Shown: piece by piece, positions 27,519 to 38,977 of the stretch
Layout of the letters: every line of letters starts with the position of its first letter
Numbering within the stretch: the stretch's first letter is position 1
Assembly: GCA_965112155.1 (NCBI GenBank)
Contig: OZ218108.1
Reading direction: 5' to 3' (one strand)
Length of the DNA stretch: 64,000 nucleotides
Source of the DNA: Podarcis liolepis
Lineage: Eukaryota
The notes under the pieces: model-generated
Database searches by the model: none
Told to the model about the DNA's origin: nothing
The model's input: the letters and a program-made list of their open reading frames with translations, nothing else
Program-made: the position numbers and the translations under genes

Positions 27519-30230
27519 TCATAGAATCATAGAGTTGGAATAGACCACAAGGGCCATCGAGTCCAACCCCCTGCCAAGCAGGAAACACCATCAGAGCACT
27601 CCTGACATATGGTTGTCAAGCCTCTGCTTAAAGACCTCCAAAAGAGGAGACTCCACCACACTCCTTGGCAGCAAATTCCACTGTCGAACAGCTCTTACTG
27701 TCAGGAAGTTCTTCCTAATGTTTAGGTGGAATCTTCTTTCTTGTAGTTTGGATCCATTGCTCCATGTCCGCTTCTCTGGAGCAGCAGAAAACAACCTTTC
27801 TCCCTCCTCTATATGACATTCTTTTACATATTTTAACATGGCTATCATACCACCCCTTAACCTCCTCTTCTCCAGGATAAACATGCCCAGCTCCCTTAGC
27901 CGTTCCTCATAAGGCATTGTTTCCAGGCCTTTGACCATTTTGGTTGCCCTCCTCTGGACACATTCCAGTTTGTCAGTGTCCTTCTTGAACTGTGGTGCCC
28001 AGAACTGGACACAGTACTCCAGGTGAGGTCTGACCAGAGCAGAATACAGTGGCACTATTACTTCCCTTGATCTAGATGCTATACTCCTATTGATGCAGCC
28101 CAGAATTGCATTGGCTTTTTTAGCTGCCGCGTCACACTGTTGGCTCATGTCAAGTTTGTGGTCAACCAAGACTCCTAGATCCTTTTCACATGTACTGCTC
28201 TCAAGCCAGGTGTCCCCCATCTTGTATTTGTGCCTCTCATTTTTTTTGCCCAAGTGCAATACTTTACATTTCTCCCTGTTTAAGTTCATCTTGTTTGTTT
28301 TGGCCCAGTTCTCTAATCTGTCAAGGTCGTTTTGAAGTGTGATCCTGTCCTCTGGGGTGTTAGCCACCCCTCCCAGTTTGGTGTCATCTGCAAATTTGAT
28401 CAGGATGCCCTTGAGTCCATCATCCAAGTCGTTGATAAAGATGTTGAATAAGACCGGGCCCAAGACAGAACCCTGTGGCACCCCACTAGTCAGCCAGTTA
28501 CAAATCCACTGAGTGGTAGCATAGTCAATACTGCATTTTACCAGCTTCTTTACAAGAATATCATGGGGCACCTTGTCGAATGCCTTGCTGAAATCAAGGT
28601 AGGCTACATCCACTGCGTTCCCTTCATCTACCAGGCTTGTAATTCTGTCAAAAAATGAGATCAGGTTAGTCTGACTTGACTTATTTTTCAGAAATCCATG
28701 CTGACTATTGGTGATCACAGCATTCCTTTCTAGGTGCTCACAGACTGTTTGCTTAATGATCTGCTCCAGAATCTTCCCTGGTATTGATGTCAGACTGACT
28801 GGGCGATAATTATTTGGGTCCTCTCTTTTCCCCTTTTTGAAAATAGGGACAACATTTGCCCTCCTCCAGTCTGCCGGGACTTCGCCTGTTCTCCAGGAAT
28901 TCTCAAAGATGACAGCCAGTGGTTCTGAGATCACATCTGCCAGTTCTTTTAATACTCTTGGATGCAGTTCATCTGGCCCTGGAGACTTGAATACATCTAA
29001 ACTAGCCAAGTATTCTTGTACTATCTCCTTAGTTATTCTGGGCTGTGTTTCCTCTGCTGAATCATTTGCTCCAAATTCTTCAGGTCGGGTATTGTTTTCT
29101 TTATCGGAGAAGACTGAGGCAAAGAAGGCATTGAGGAGTTCAGCCCTTTCTGTGTCCCCTGTTTGCATTTCACCATCTTCTCCTCTGAGTGACCCCACTG
29201 TTTCTTTGTTCTTCCTTTTGCTACAAACATACCCATAAAAGCCTTTTTTGTTGCTTTTAACCTCTCTAGCAAGCCTGAGTTCATTCTGTGCTTTAGCTTT
29301 TCTGACTTTGTGTCTACATGTGCTGGCTATTTGTTTGAATTCCTCTTTGGTGGTTTCCCCCCTTTTCCATTTTTTGTACACATCCTTTTTAAATCTTAAC
29401 TCAGTTAAAAGTTCTTTAGATAGCCACCCTGGCTTCTTTAGGCACCTTCCATGTTTCTGTCTCATTGGTATTGCCTGAAGTTGTGCTTTTACTATCTCCC
29501 TCTTAACAAACTCCCAGCCATCATGAACTCCCTTTCCTTTTAGTATTACTGTCCATGGGATCTCACCCAGCACTTCCCTAAGTTTTATGAAGTCGGCTTT
29601 CTTAAAGTCAAGAAATTGAGTCCTAGTATGCTTGGCTGCTCCTTTCCACTGTATAGTAAACTTCAGAAGAGCATGATCACTCGCGCCTAATGATCCTTCC
29701 ACTTCTACCCCACTAACCAGGTCATCAACATTGGTTAGGACCAGATCTAAAATGGCTGTTCCTCTTGTTGCTTCTCCCACTTTCTGGACAATGAAGTTGT
29801 CTGCAAGGCCAGTGAGGAATCTGTTTGACCTTATGCTCTTGGCTGAGTTTGACATCCAACAAATATCCGGGTAATTGAAGTCCCCCATTACTACTATCTC
29901 CCTTCCTTTTGCCTGCTTGGCCATCTGTTCCAGGAAGGCATCATCTATGTCCTCCATTTGGCTTGGGGATCTATAGTAAACTCCCACAATGAGGTCTCTG
30001 TTATTCTTCTCTCCCTTAATTTTGACCTAAATGCTCTCACTTTGGCTTTGAGGTTCTAAATCTTGGATCTCTTCACAGGTATACACATCCCTGACATATA
30101 ACGCCACTCCTCTTCCTTTCTTGTCTGGTCTGTTTCTCTGAAATAGATTGTATCCCTCCATTATTACATTCCTATCGTGGGACTTATCCCACCAGGTTTC
30201 AGTGATGCCTATTATGTCATATTTAGTTTG
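27519..30230 (-). mobile_element. CR1 LINE, 5'-truncated (~2.7 kb), young
   Basis: ORF2 with APE endonuclease and RT motifs. The CR1 3' UTR ends in the ATTCTATG-type octamer repeat (tcatagaatcatag at 27519 on the + strand). Homology stops abruptly at about 30230. Confidence 0.96.
27591..30230 (-). pseudogene. CR1 ORF2 (endonuclease + reverse transcriptase), disabled
   Basis: 798-aa open segment with GDFN, ILDLVL, SDH, YLDFSKAFD, GVPQGSVLGP and FADD motifs. The frame extends upstream (YDIIGITETWWD...GVALYV) through a TAG at 30027-30029. The N-terminus is missing and there is an in-frame deletion before GVPQG. Confidence 0.92.
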
Positions 30231-30866
30231 AGATTAAGAAGAGATTATGGGTGACAGCTACATGTAAACAGGCCAAGTCAAGAAAAGCCAATGTGGTGCC
30301 CTCCAGTGTGGCTGGATGCCATATCTCATGAGACCCAGTCAGCAAGGCCAATGGCAGGACGATGGGAGCTGTACTTCACCAACATCTGGAGGACCACAAT
30401 TTAGTTACCACTGATGTAAACAGCCAGGGAGAGCAATACAGACCCCTGATCCACCACACTTAAGCTAAATTGGATATGGTGGAGCTCTCCTTCAGCCTGG
30501 CTTAGCTCAATTCTGCTGGCATAAAGGGCCCTGCTGCACCCCACAAAAGCTTGGGTGGAGAAAACTAATACTGGCAATTTGCTTGCCACTGGTAGCCAGT
30601 GTGAGCCCCACAAAGGAGACATTTTGGAGGCTGAACTAGGCCTGCGAAGAATCTGCTGGCTTGTATGTTGGTCCAATTACTAGCGCTGGACCCAACCCAG
30701 ATAATGCGTAGAATTCACTAAGGCAACTGTTCTCTTTGCACAGTGGACTGCTGCCCCCACCCCTGCATGCCCCCCAAATCTGTTTCAGGGGTTCCCCAGC
30801 CCTCTGGAGCTGGTTTAGGGAAGGGCATGAGGGAAGGGAAGGAGGGGAAAGTCATGTTGCACAAGC

Positions 30867-31000
30867 AGAAATTGTAGAGTTGGAAGGGACCACGAGGGTC
30901 CTCTAGTCCAACCCCCTGCAATACAGGAATTATTTCCCCAATGTAGGGCTCAAACCCACGACCCTGAGGTTGAGAGTCTCATGCTCTGCCAACTGAGCTA
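30867..31000 (-). mobile_element. SINE with tRNA-Lys-like head and CR1 tail
   Basis: Minus strand reads TAGCTCAGTTGGCAGAGCATGAGACTCTCAACCTCAGGGTCGTGGGTTTGAGCCCTACATTGGG, close to tRNA-Lys(CTT), followed by the CR1-type tail. Confidence 0.8.
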
Positions 31001-31552
31001 ATAAGGATACCTAACAGAAGGGAAGGCACTTTGGCAAATCACAGACCACATATACCAGTAACAATGCCCCGGGATAAAAAACCAACAGATTACATCCACA
31101 CACTCCTTGGAGATTTCATTTGAAAACCTTCCATATAATTTATAAATTAATTCCTTTCTTAAGATTTCCCAAATGGCAGCAACTGCAAGGCAAAATGTCA
31201 GCATGTTCTCATTGCACCCGGCTCTAAAGAATTGGTTTTAAGTTAGCTCAACAACAACGTTTCCTTGATCACCTTCCACTTCTGCCACCAACCCTGGTGG
31301 ACATTTTAACATTTGTTTAGCATGACACAGATAACCATTGTGCTGTTAGCAAAGTGCACCACTAAGGTCTTCATCAGACTGGAGGGTGGGGAAAACACAT
31401 TCGCACAAGTTGCCGAATCTTAACACACAAATTTATATGTCTTAGAAACATAAATTTGAAGTTACAGATAGGTAACCGTGTTGGTCTGCCATAGTCAAAA
31501 TAAAAAAATTCCTTCCAGTAGCACCTTAAAGACCAACTAAGTTAGTTCTTGG

Positions 31553-31588
31553 TATGAGCTTTCGTGTGCATGCACACTTCTTCAGATA
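31553..31588 (-). ncRNA. Second hammerhead motif (mirror copy, 3-bp stem I)
   Basis: Exact reverse complement of 31598-31633; stem I is only UAU/AUA. Confidence 0.6.
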
Positions 31589-31596
31589 GAAGAAGT

Positions 31597-31634
31597 GTAT
31601 CTGAAGAAGTGTGCATGCACACGAAAGCTCATAC
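31597..31634 (+). ncRNA. Minimal type I hammerhead ribozyme motif
   Basis: GTAT-CTGAAGA-A-GTGTGCATGCACAC-GAAA-GCTC-ATAC: stem I GUAU/AUAC, core CUGANGA, stem II hairpin, GAAA, palindromic AGCU in place of stem III, predicted cleavage after CUC (31630). Confidence 0.75.
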
Positions 31635-32599
31635 CAAGAACTAACTTAGTTGGTCTTTAAGGTGCTACTGGAAGGAATTTTTTTATAAATTTGAAGGTGA
31701 GGCATATTCCTTGTAGGAGAATTGCACTGATCAGCCCAAGTTGCTAAGTGTTTTCTACACCTGACAGGTCAGCAGAAACAGCCCCACTAGTGGTGATTAC
31801 ACATCCTTTTTATGCTTCTGATGCACGTTATACCAGAAAAACTCCTCTGGCTCATGAGAACCGACACATTTGGGTGGATCCACGCAACATTTTACACCCA
31901 AGCTTTAGTTCAAAGTGCTGAACTCAGGAATGCTTCCCTCATTATCTAGCTTAAACACAGAAGTGTTCCTACACGATGCTCCCATATCTTCAGTGACCTT
32001 CAAACAGAACACCAAAGGAAGGATTGACTCATTGTTTCAGATTAATCATTTAAAATAACCCCACAGATATACTGGGGTCCTGGCTCAGCTGTCCTTAGAG
32101 CTACATGCATATTTTAACTTTCCCCATGTTACATTTTTAGAGTAATATAGCACAGGAAGAAAAATCATATGATATAAACAACTTGATTGCGTTAATCCAG
32201 AGCTGTGTATCCACTCCAAAGCAGGCACGCAACTCCTGTGCCTAAAGTCCCATTCATTTCAATAAAGATGGGTTGCCATATGACAAGAAGTAAAAATCCA
32301 GACACAAAAGTTGTTGAGCTCAGAGTTGTTGGGCTTTCTTGGGAATTCACCCAAAAAAGGCAAAGAGTGATACTCAAATGCACATTTCCAGGTGGCAAAA
32401 ACCCAGACATTTTTCTGATTTTGTAGAGGGAGTACTTTGGCATAGAGCAGTAGTTCAGTCCTTAAAAGAAAGGCAACTCTTCATCTACACTGAAACACCT
32501 GCAAAACAGTGCTAGATCAGAGTGAATATATGAAGTTGATATATATTATCAGTGATATCAACTTAGAATATCTTAAGCAAAAAACAAACACCTACATAT

Positions 32600-33465
32600 A
32601 TTAAAACCTGAATTTTAAACAGCCTAAAATACAAACCTGTTTTTAAAAAATAGATTAAAACATCACACCTACGAAAAAGGCCATAGATAATTAAAACCCA
32701 AAGGCCTGTTGAAAAAGGAATGCTTTTTCCTGGGGCCTAAAGATATGTGATGATGGCACCAGGTGAGCCTTCATGGGGAAAACATTCCACAAGCAGGGAG
32801 CCACCACTGAAAAGGCCCATTCTCGTGTTGTCACCCTCTTCACCTCCTGAGGTGCACACAATGAAAGGCCTCAGATGATGAACATATGGTCCAGGTCAGT
32901 TCATATGGGGAGAGGCGGTTCTTGAGAAATTGGGATTCAGTGTTGCATAAAGCTTTATAGGTCACAACCAGCACTTTAAACTGAAATCAGAAACTAATCT
33001 GTAGCCAGTGCAGTTGGGCCAGGATTAGTGCTATGTGCTCACACTGTCCTGCCCCAATGAGCAACCTGGCCACTGAATTTTGCACCAGCTGCGGTTTCCG
33101 AACCATTTTCAAAGGCAGCCCCACATATAATGCATTGCAGTAATCTAACCTAGAGGTTACCAGAGCCTAGACAACAGAAGTTAGGCTACACCTGTCCAGA
33201 CAGGAGCGCAGCTGAGCCACCAGCCCAAGCTGGTGCTCTATGCCACCAAAGCCACTTGAGCCTCAAGCAGAGGCATAGCAAGGTCAGGTGGTACCGGTGC
33301 GAAGTTTCTTTTGTGTCCCCTCCCCCCACGTCAACAGCTCGGGGTAGGCTTGGGAGTCGCAGGCGCGCGCATGCCGAATGTCACCCCCCTCAGCGATGAT
33401 ACCTGGGGCGCTCTGACCCCACCTGCACCCCACTTCCTATGCCTCTGGCCTCAGGTGATAGCCAC
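32600..33465 (-). mobile_element. L2-clade LINE fragment with nested hAT element
   Basis: Minus strand contains [33 protein letters not shown], an L2 ORF2 signature; boundaries approximate. Confidence 0.8.
33268..33447. mobile_element. Non-autonomous hAT element, 180 bp, inside L2
   Basis: TIR CAGAGGCATAG / CTATGCCTCTG; TSD GCCTCAAG/GCCTCAGG. Confidence 0.85.
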
Positions 33466-33909
33466 TTCTTCTTGATGTATTCTGCTTCTGTTAGATTGTT
33501 TCCACTTTTGTCTTTTATTATGGTAATCTTTGTACGAAATGTTCCTTTCATATTGATGAAACATCCTCAAGCATCAGATTTTGAGTGTCATGAAAAGGCG
33601 GCAAATGGTTATGTTTGTTGTTATTGTGTTTTTGTTCCCAGGGAGAGAGACACATGTGGGATTTTTGCTTCAGGTCCCCCAACTAACATTGTCAGCCTTG
33701 AGTACATTGCAGTTGGACTGGGACCAGTGGTGGGAGGAGGGAACTGTGCTGCGTTGCCTCGGGCAATGAAATGTCTTGGCCCTGCCCTATTTGTTTTAAG
33801 GATTTATTTGCCAACCTTTGATGTAAATATTTGCAACACAGCTATGAATGTTGCTGGGACAGAAAAACAGGACATAAAACAAGATAAACCTCTCTCTCTC
33901 TCTTGTGCG

Positions 33910-33912
<3 letters not shown>

Positions 33913-33954
<42 letters not shown>
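33913..33954. repeat. (TG)n microsatellite
   Basis: Direct reading. Confidence 0.95.
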
Positions 33955-33959
<5 letters not shown>

Positions 33960-36900
33960 AGAAAACACAAATAAACAAGCTTGTGATAAGCCAACCTGAA
34001 GGTACTCTTGGGTGAAAAACTAACTGAAAAAAATACAAGGGAGAAATGGAAGTCTTGAGTGATCTGGGGGGGGGAATAAATTAATAATAATATTTATAAC
34101 CAAGTTTCCTATGTGCCTCACTCATTGTAAAAAAATTACAATGATTTTTGAATTTTAAGGGGGGGGGAACTATGATTGGAAACTAGTGTGGCATCTTTTA
34201 AAAAACCACATTTGAACTCAGTCAACCATAATGAGGAAAACTTTCCAGGAATAGGAGTTGTCTTCCCCTAAAACCTATAAAATTGTGGTTTGTTATTTAA
34301 ATAGAAATTTTGGTGACCATGCTCATACATGAACAAGGAATACAGGTATAAAAAAAGAATCAATTTTTGACGCATATTCAGTGTAACCTTCAATATGCAA
34401 CAGACGCATATTCAGTGTGGATAGTACAAGTAGGAATTGAAAGGGCAGGGTAGAGAAGTCTGCAGAGCGTGGAAGTCAGGATATATGCTGCATCCTGGGT
34501 AATTCTTTCTGTGGCAATACATAGTGAGTGTGCTTAGAACTATCAAGCCCATGTTGCATTGCATTGATTTCAGCAACCACTTTAGAAACTGGTTCAATAT
34601 TATGTAACTACTCAAGTGACAAAGTTGATGACTTGTGAACAACAGGAATAGGCAGCTTGTGACCCACCGAGAAGCTAAAAAAATATTACAGTAGCTGGTA
34701 TTAATGCATATAAATCTACAAGTGCATGCTCTTTTGGGACAATTATCTGTAGTAAGTTTGATTTGACAGTCGGTTTTGACACCAACTTTTGTGAATTCTT
34801 ATGTTTCAAGTTGTTTAATACTAAGATGGTTCAGTAGCTCCTGCACCTGGCACTCTCTACTAATATCTGCCTGAAATTATCCTCGACATTGTAAAGTCTT
34901 CAAGTTCCTTTACTCAGTTAATTCTAGAGAGGAGAAGCAGTTTGCAACATTTTTGTAAACCATGTGGTCCAGTATAAGAAAGGTGACATTCAGTGCATCA
35001 TTTAGATTATTCATCCCAGCAAGGCAAAACATTACTATTAGGTGTACATAAAAGGTAAGCAGCAAGATAAGTCTATTTCTGATAAAAGGCTTTGAGGCCA
35101 CTCTGCACAAACAAGGTATCATCAGCAAGGTGTTCTTTAATGAGATGTTTTCCTTAAATCTTAGCATTCAGAATCAAAGGATTCCCCCACTGCCCCGAAG
35201 CAGTGAGCTGTCCAGCCCAGCTGTCCAGCTGTCCTTGCAAAACTCTCTGGAATATCAAAGCAATGGAAACAGGGGCAGCCAGTGACATCTCTGGAGCCAC
35301 CATCAAGTTCACTGGTGTCAAAGAGAGTCTCACAATGCTGACACCAGGCAGCTGGCTCGCTTGTTGGGGTTGTAACACAGGTCTGATATTATCATATCAA
35401 AGCATATAATCCAATGGCATTAACAAGCAAGGCTGGACCATCAAGCAGGAGGTTCAGCAAAACCTACGGCTTAGGGGGACAGAAGGTCATGGTTGTCAGA
35501 TGGATTCAACAAAGGAGGAAGAAGCCAAAGAAGGAAGGAGCAGGCCAGCGCAGGAGAATTATGAGAATTCTAAAGATGCTCATGGCTAGACATAGAGATG
35601 GATCCTTGAGTAATTGCTGCTACCTTTAGCTTTCTGCTCTTCTACATGCATTGGTAACTTTCAGATTGAACTTGACTTCCACTCATGTGATGGAGTTTTC
35701 CTTCCTCTCATCCCTTCTGCATACAAATACACATACACACACACCACAAATTTGCTTTAGAGCAGATTTTGGGCACACACAGGGAGCTGCAGGAGGGATG
35801 GGGAATTCATTCCACCATTCTTCTGGCAGGCAGACACTATTAGATTTCCCGCAAGGCATCCATAAACTATGCAGATGATGAGCTAAGAGTTATTGGTGGA
35901 GATCAGGTACGAAACTTCTCTCTCTATGAATGCTAGCAGAGATGACTGTCTGTGTTCAATGAAAACAGAGAACAGCAAATGCATTTTTGATTTCAGCTCA
36001 TGCAGATCATTTTTCAAAGACAAAGTATTTTTGATGATGCCATACTGCAGGGTGATGGCACACAACAAATATGCATGTCAAAAATGTAGAACAGCCACAT
36101 AGCTGAGTGGCACTTTTTTTCAGTGGCACTAGCTCCTTTTGGAGGAAGGCTGACGTACCCATCCATGTATAGCTGAGGGAAAACCTTGGCACTGCCTCTC
36201 CAATCATGATGGCCGGAGGCCAAAGTCCCAAAGGTAGGCAGCAAGAGAAGCTTCAAATGGTTAAATATAGCAAGTCCGATAGGCCACAGCCTTTCATGAC
36301 AAATTCTCACAGTGACATACAAGCAAGACGGAAACAGAAGAGGCCATCTCTGAATTGACAAGATAATTTAAACAGCTGTTGTGTGTAGTCAGCTTTCACA
36401 GTTTAGCTGACTCATATCTCTGCCAAAAAATAGAGCTTGGAAACTTCTCAGTTACATTGGCCGTTAAGTCAGAAATAATTCAAGCTGACTCTGCTGACTG
36501 ACTCGAGTGAAAAAAATCAGTTTAAAAAGTGAATTTTCACAAAATTATTATTGCTGCTGCTGCTGCTGTTATTCAAGAGATTTCTAACCCACATTTCATT
36601 GATATGAGTATATCATATAATTGATGCATGACAGAAGAAATGGGAACAGTGTGTGAGATGAGGCACAAGGGAAAAAGCAGGGCAGTTCCCTGGACCACCA
36701 GGACTTCCTGATGTCTTGGTTGTGTATCCTCTTGCTCAATAAGCCAGCTTTTATTTTATATTTGATTATATTTATAAGCGTATTTCTAAACCACCAACTC
36801 TCATATACACACATATATACCATGGCAGTGTAAAAGAAAAAAAAACCTAAAACATCTTAAAAATATAAAATAATGAAACGGAGCAGGCAGCCAACACTGT

Positions 36901-37952
36901 ATCAAATTAATTCTCTGAAAATGATTTTCAAAACAGAAACTTTTGGCACCTCTGTCTGTTCATGATTATGCAGGTCTGGATGTTTGGCTCCAGTCAGGGG
37001 TATTTATGGATGAACCAATTAAAGATGGATCCTGACTAAGGCGGGATTCACCCAGTCACTCAGATTAGCAGCCTTGAGGTATTCCTGGATCCACTGCTGC
37101 GCCTCTGTCTTCAGTATGAGTACTTTTTGCCATCTCTATATATAGGAAGAAAGCTGCAACATTCCCAATGCAAAATTTAGCAACCTCACGGCCTGACTGC
37201 TGTGATGTAGCTTATATTTATTTATTCCAATGTACAACTTAATGTAATAAACTTCTCAAAAAATACAATTACAATAAAAAATGCAAACATTAAAAGAAAA
37301 CCTTAAGCCAGGATAATAATAATAATAATAATTCAACTCTACATCACAAGTAAAAAGAAAACTGAGGAGTATACAAAACAAAAAAGTAAACATTTTAAAA
37401 ATCCGAGTCTAGGAAAGTGTGGGTAAACTTTGGGGTTTTTTTGAAGTCATTTAAACTGTCTCCACTTCACAAATGAAGAAGGGCATCTCAGAGTGGGAAT
37501 GCTATTGCCAAGAAGGCGTGATGCCATGCTGTCATCAAGTGACAATCCAGTAATTGTGGATGACCAGATGCTCATAATATCTTAAAGTCTGGCTTGGTCT
37601 GAATCAGGGAATGCAGGTTGCAAAGTATCTGGTGTTCAGAGTTTACAACTTCTGCAGGACACCCATTGCCCCAGAGTTGAGAAGCTGTATGCCAATCTGT
37701 CAGGGAGAAAGGAAAGCCACTTCAACAAGCGAGCAGAGTGACCCAGGGTTAAGATGGGGCTGTGAAGCCCTTTCCCTCCTTTTCTATCGTTGGCCCCTTG
37801 GATAGAGAAAGAGAGGAAGGTGAGTTTTATTCAGAAGTGTCCAGGGTTCAGCTTTGGCTGAGAAAGTGATCTCTTTTCTCTCCTTCTTGAAAACTGATCT
37901 TTGGACTCTGCCTTGTTCAGGTCAGTATCACTTTTGTTGTGGCTCCCTGTAA

Positions 37953-38121
37953 CAGTGGCGTAGCGTGGGTTGTCAGCACCCGGGGCAAGGCAAGTAATTT
38001 GCGCCCCCTAACCCGTGGATTTGCGCCCCCTAACCCGTGGATTTGCGCCCCCTAACCCTAACCCCCAGATGTTGCGCCCGGTGCGGCCGGCCCCCCCTGC
38101 ACCCCCCACACTACGCCACTG
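37953..38121. mobile_element. Non-autonomous hAT element, 169 bp, with 22-bp tandem repeat
   Basis: TIR CAGTGGCGTAG / CTACGCCACTG, perfect TSD CCCTGTAA, ATTTGCGCCCCCTAACCCGTGG repeated about 2.8 times. Confidence 0.9.
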
Positions 38122-38479
38122 CCCTGTAATGCTCTTGTTGGCTATGGTACATTGCACCAGGACTGAACTTCCTGGCCCACAACACAGCACAACTCAGGTC
38201 CTTTACAACAGCTCATTTGTATTTAAATTAGCATAACTAAGCTAGGTCTGAGCAGCAAAACAATTCAGAACTCAGAACTTGCAATGCCACCATGCAAGTC
38301 TTTAGTTCAAAACCACTAGGGGTTAGAAAAGTTTCTAAATTAACACATTTTCAACTTCATTTCTTTAGCACCTAGCCTGGGACTCCACTGTTCAGCTCCA
38401 AAGCACTACTTATGTTTTAGATTTTTTGATGCTTTTAACTTCCATGATGAACATGGTTTAAATGCGAAGATTAAAATAC

Positions 38480-38977
38480 TGTTACAAGCCACACCAATCG
38501 TTGCTGACCGATGTGAGATTTCATGGGTCTTGGCCCTTATCCAGGGTTTCTGTTCCTCTGCAATGAGGCCCAGGGGAGACTAGTGTCTTTATGAAATATA
38601 GTTTATTCACGCATATTTACACCTGAATTTTTATGGCGAAAGAGTTAATAGCATTTACATCTCAAGAGGGGTTTGTCTTTCCCAGCAGCTCTTTGACGGA
38701 GAGGATGCAAAACTGTCACAGAATGGAAAAGGGCTCATCCATCCATTCTTAGCCATAAGAGCTTTTTCTCAGGATCCCAACTCCAGGTACCAACTCATCG
38801 CTTTGACGCAAAAATGCACAGCGTCTATTATAAAAAGGGTCATTTGTCTTAGCTATAGTTTTCATATAGCTCTAGTGATTTACCATAGTGTTTCTTCTGT
38901 CTTTTATAAGCTTTATACAATGAAATTAATGCAATCGGTTCAGGGTTTTCGCTCCCACCCACCCACCCCCTGTAACA
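38480..38977 (-). mobile_element. Possible solo LTR (~500 bp)
   Basis: TGTTACA...TGTAACA termini and minus-strand AATAAA near 38622; TSD not convincing. Confidence 0.45.

Larger units (their letters stand above)
31462..31684. mobile_element. Penelope-like retroelement remnant: inverted pseudo-LTR pair
   Basis: 12-bp TSD ATAAATTTGAAG (31450-31461 and 31685-31696). Perfect inverted arms 31500-31588 and 31598-31686, with about 38 extra bases on one side. The motif ...CTGAAGAAGTG..CACGAAAGCTCA...GGTCTTTAAGGTGCTAC resembles reptile Penelope termini. Confidence 0.85.

Noticed and set aside
27591-29987. 798-aa ORF as a host gene or active retrotransposon
   Set aside because: It is CR1 ORF2 with a 5' truncation, an upstream in-frame stop, a GTG pseudo-start and an RT-domain deletion.
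30935-31000. tRNA-Lys gene (and tRNA-Ile-like sequences near 18040-18105 and 61291-61345)
   Set aside because: Mutated anticodon arm and acceptor stem, fused directly to a CR1 tail; these are SINE heads.
31500-31686. pre-miRNA or DNA-transposon MITE
   Set aside because: Asymmetric extension, 12-bp TSD and hammerhead cores fit a Penelope-like inversion; the arms do not start at the TSD as TIRs would.
33439-33999. 186-aa ORF and the other 60-190 aa ORFs in the track
   Set aside because: They run through microsatellites or TE remnants, with no recognisable domains or consistent splice structure.
37997-38064. CRISPR-like direct repeats
   Set aside because: Head-to-tail tandem units without unique spacers, inside a hAT element in a vertebrate genome, with no cas genes.
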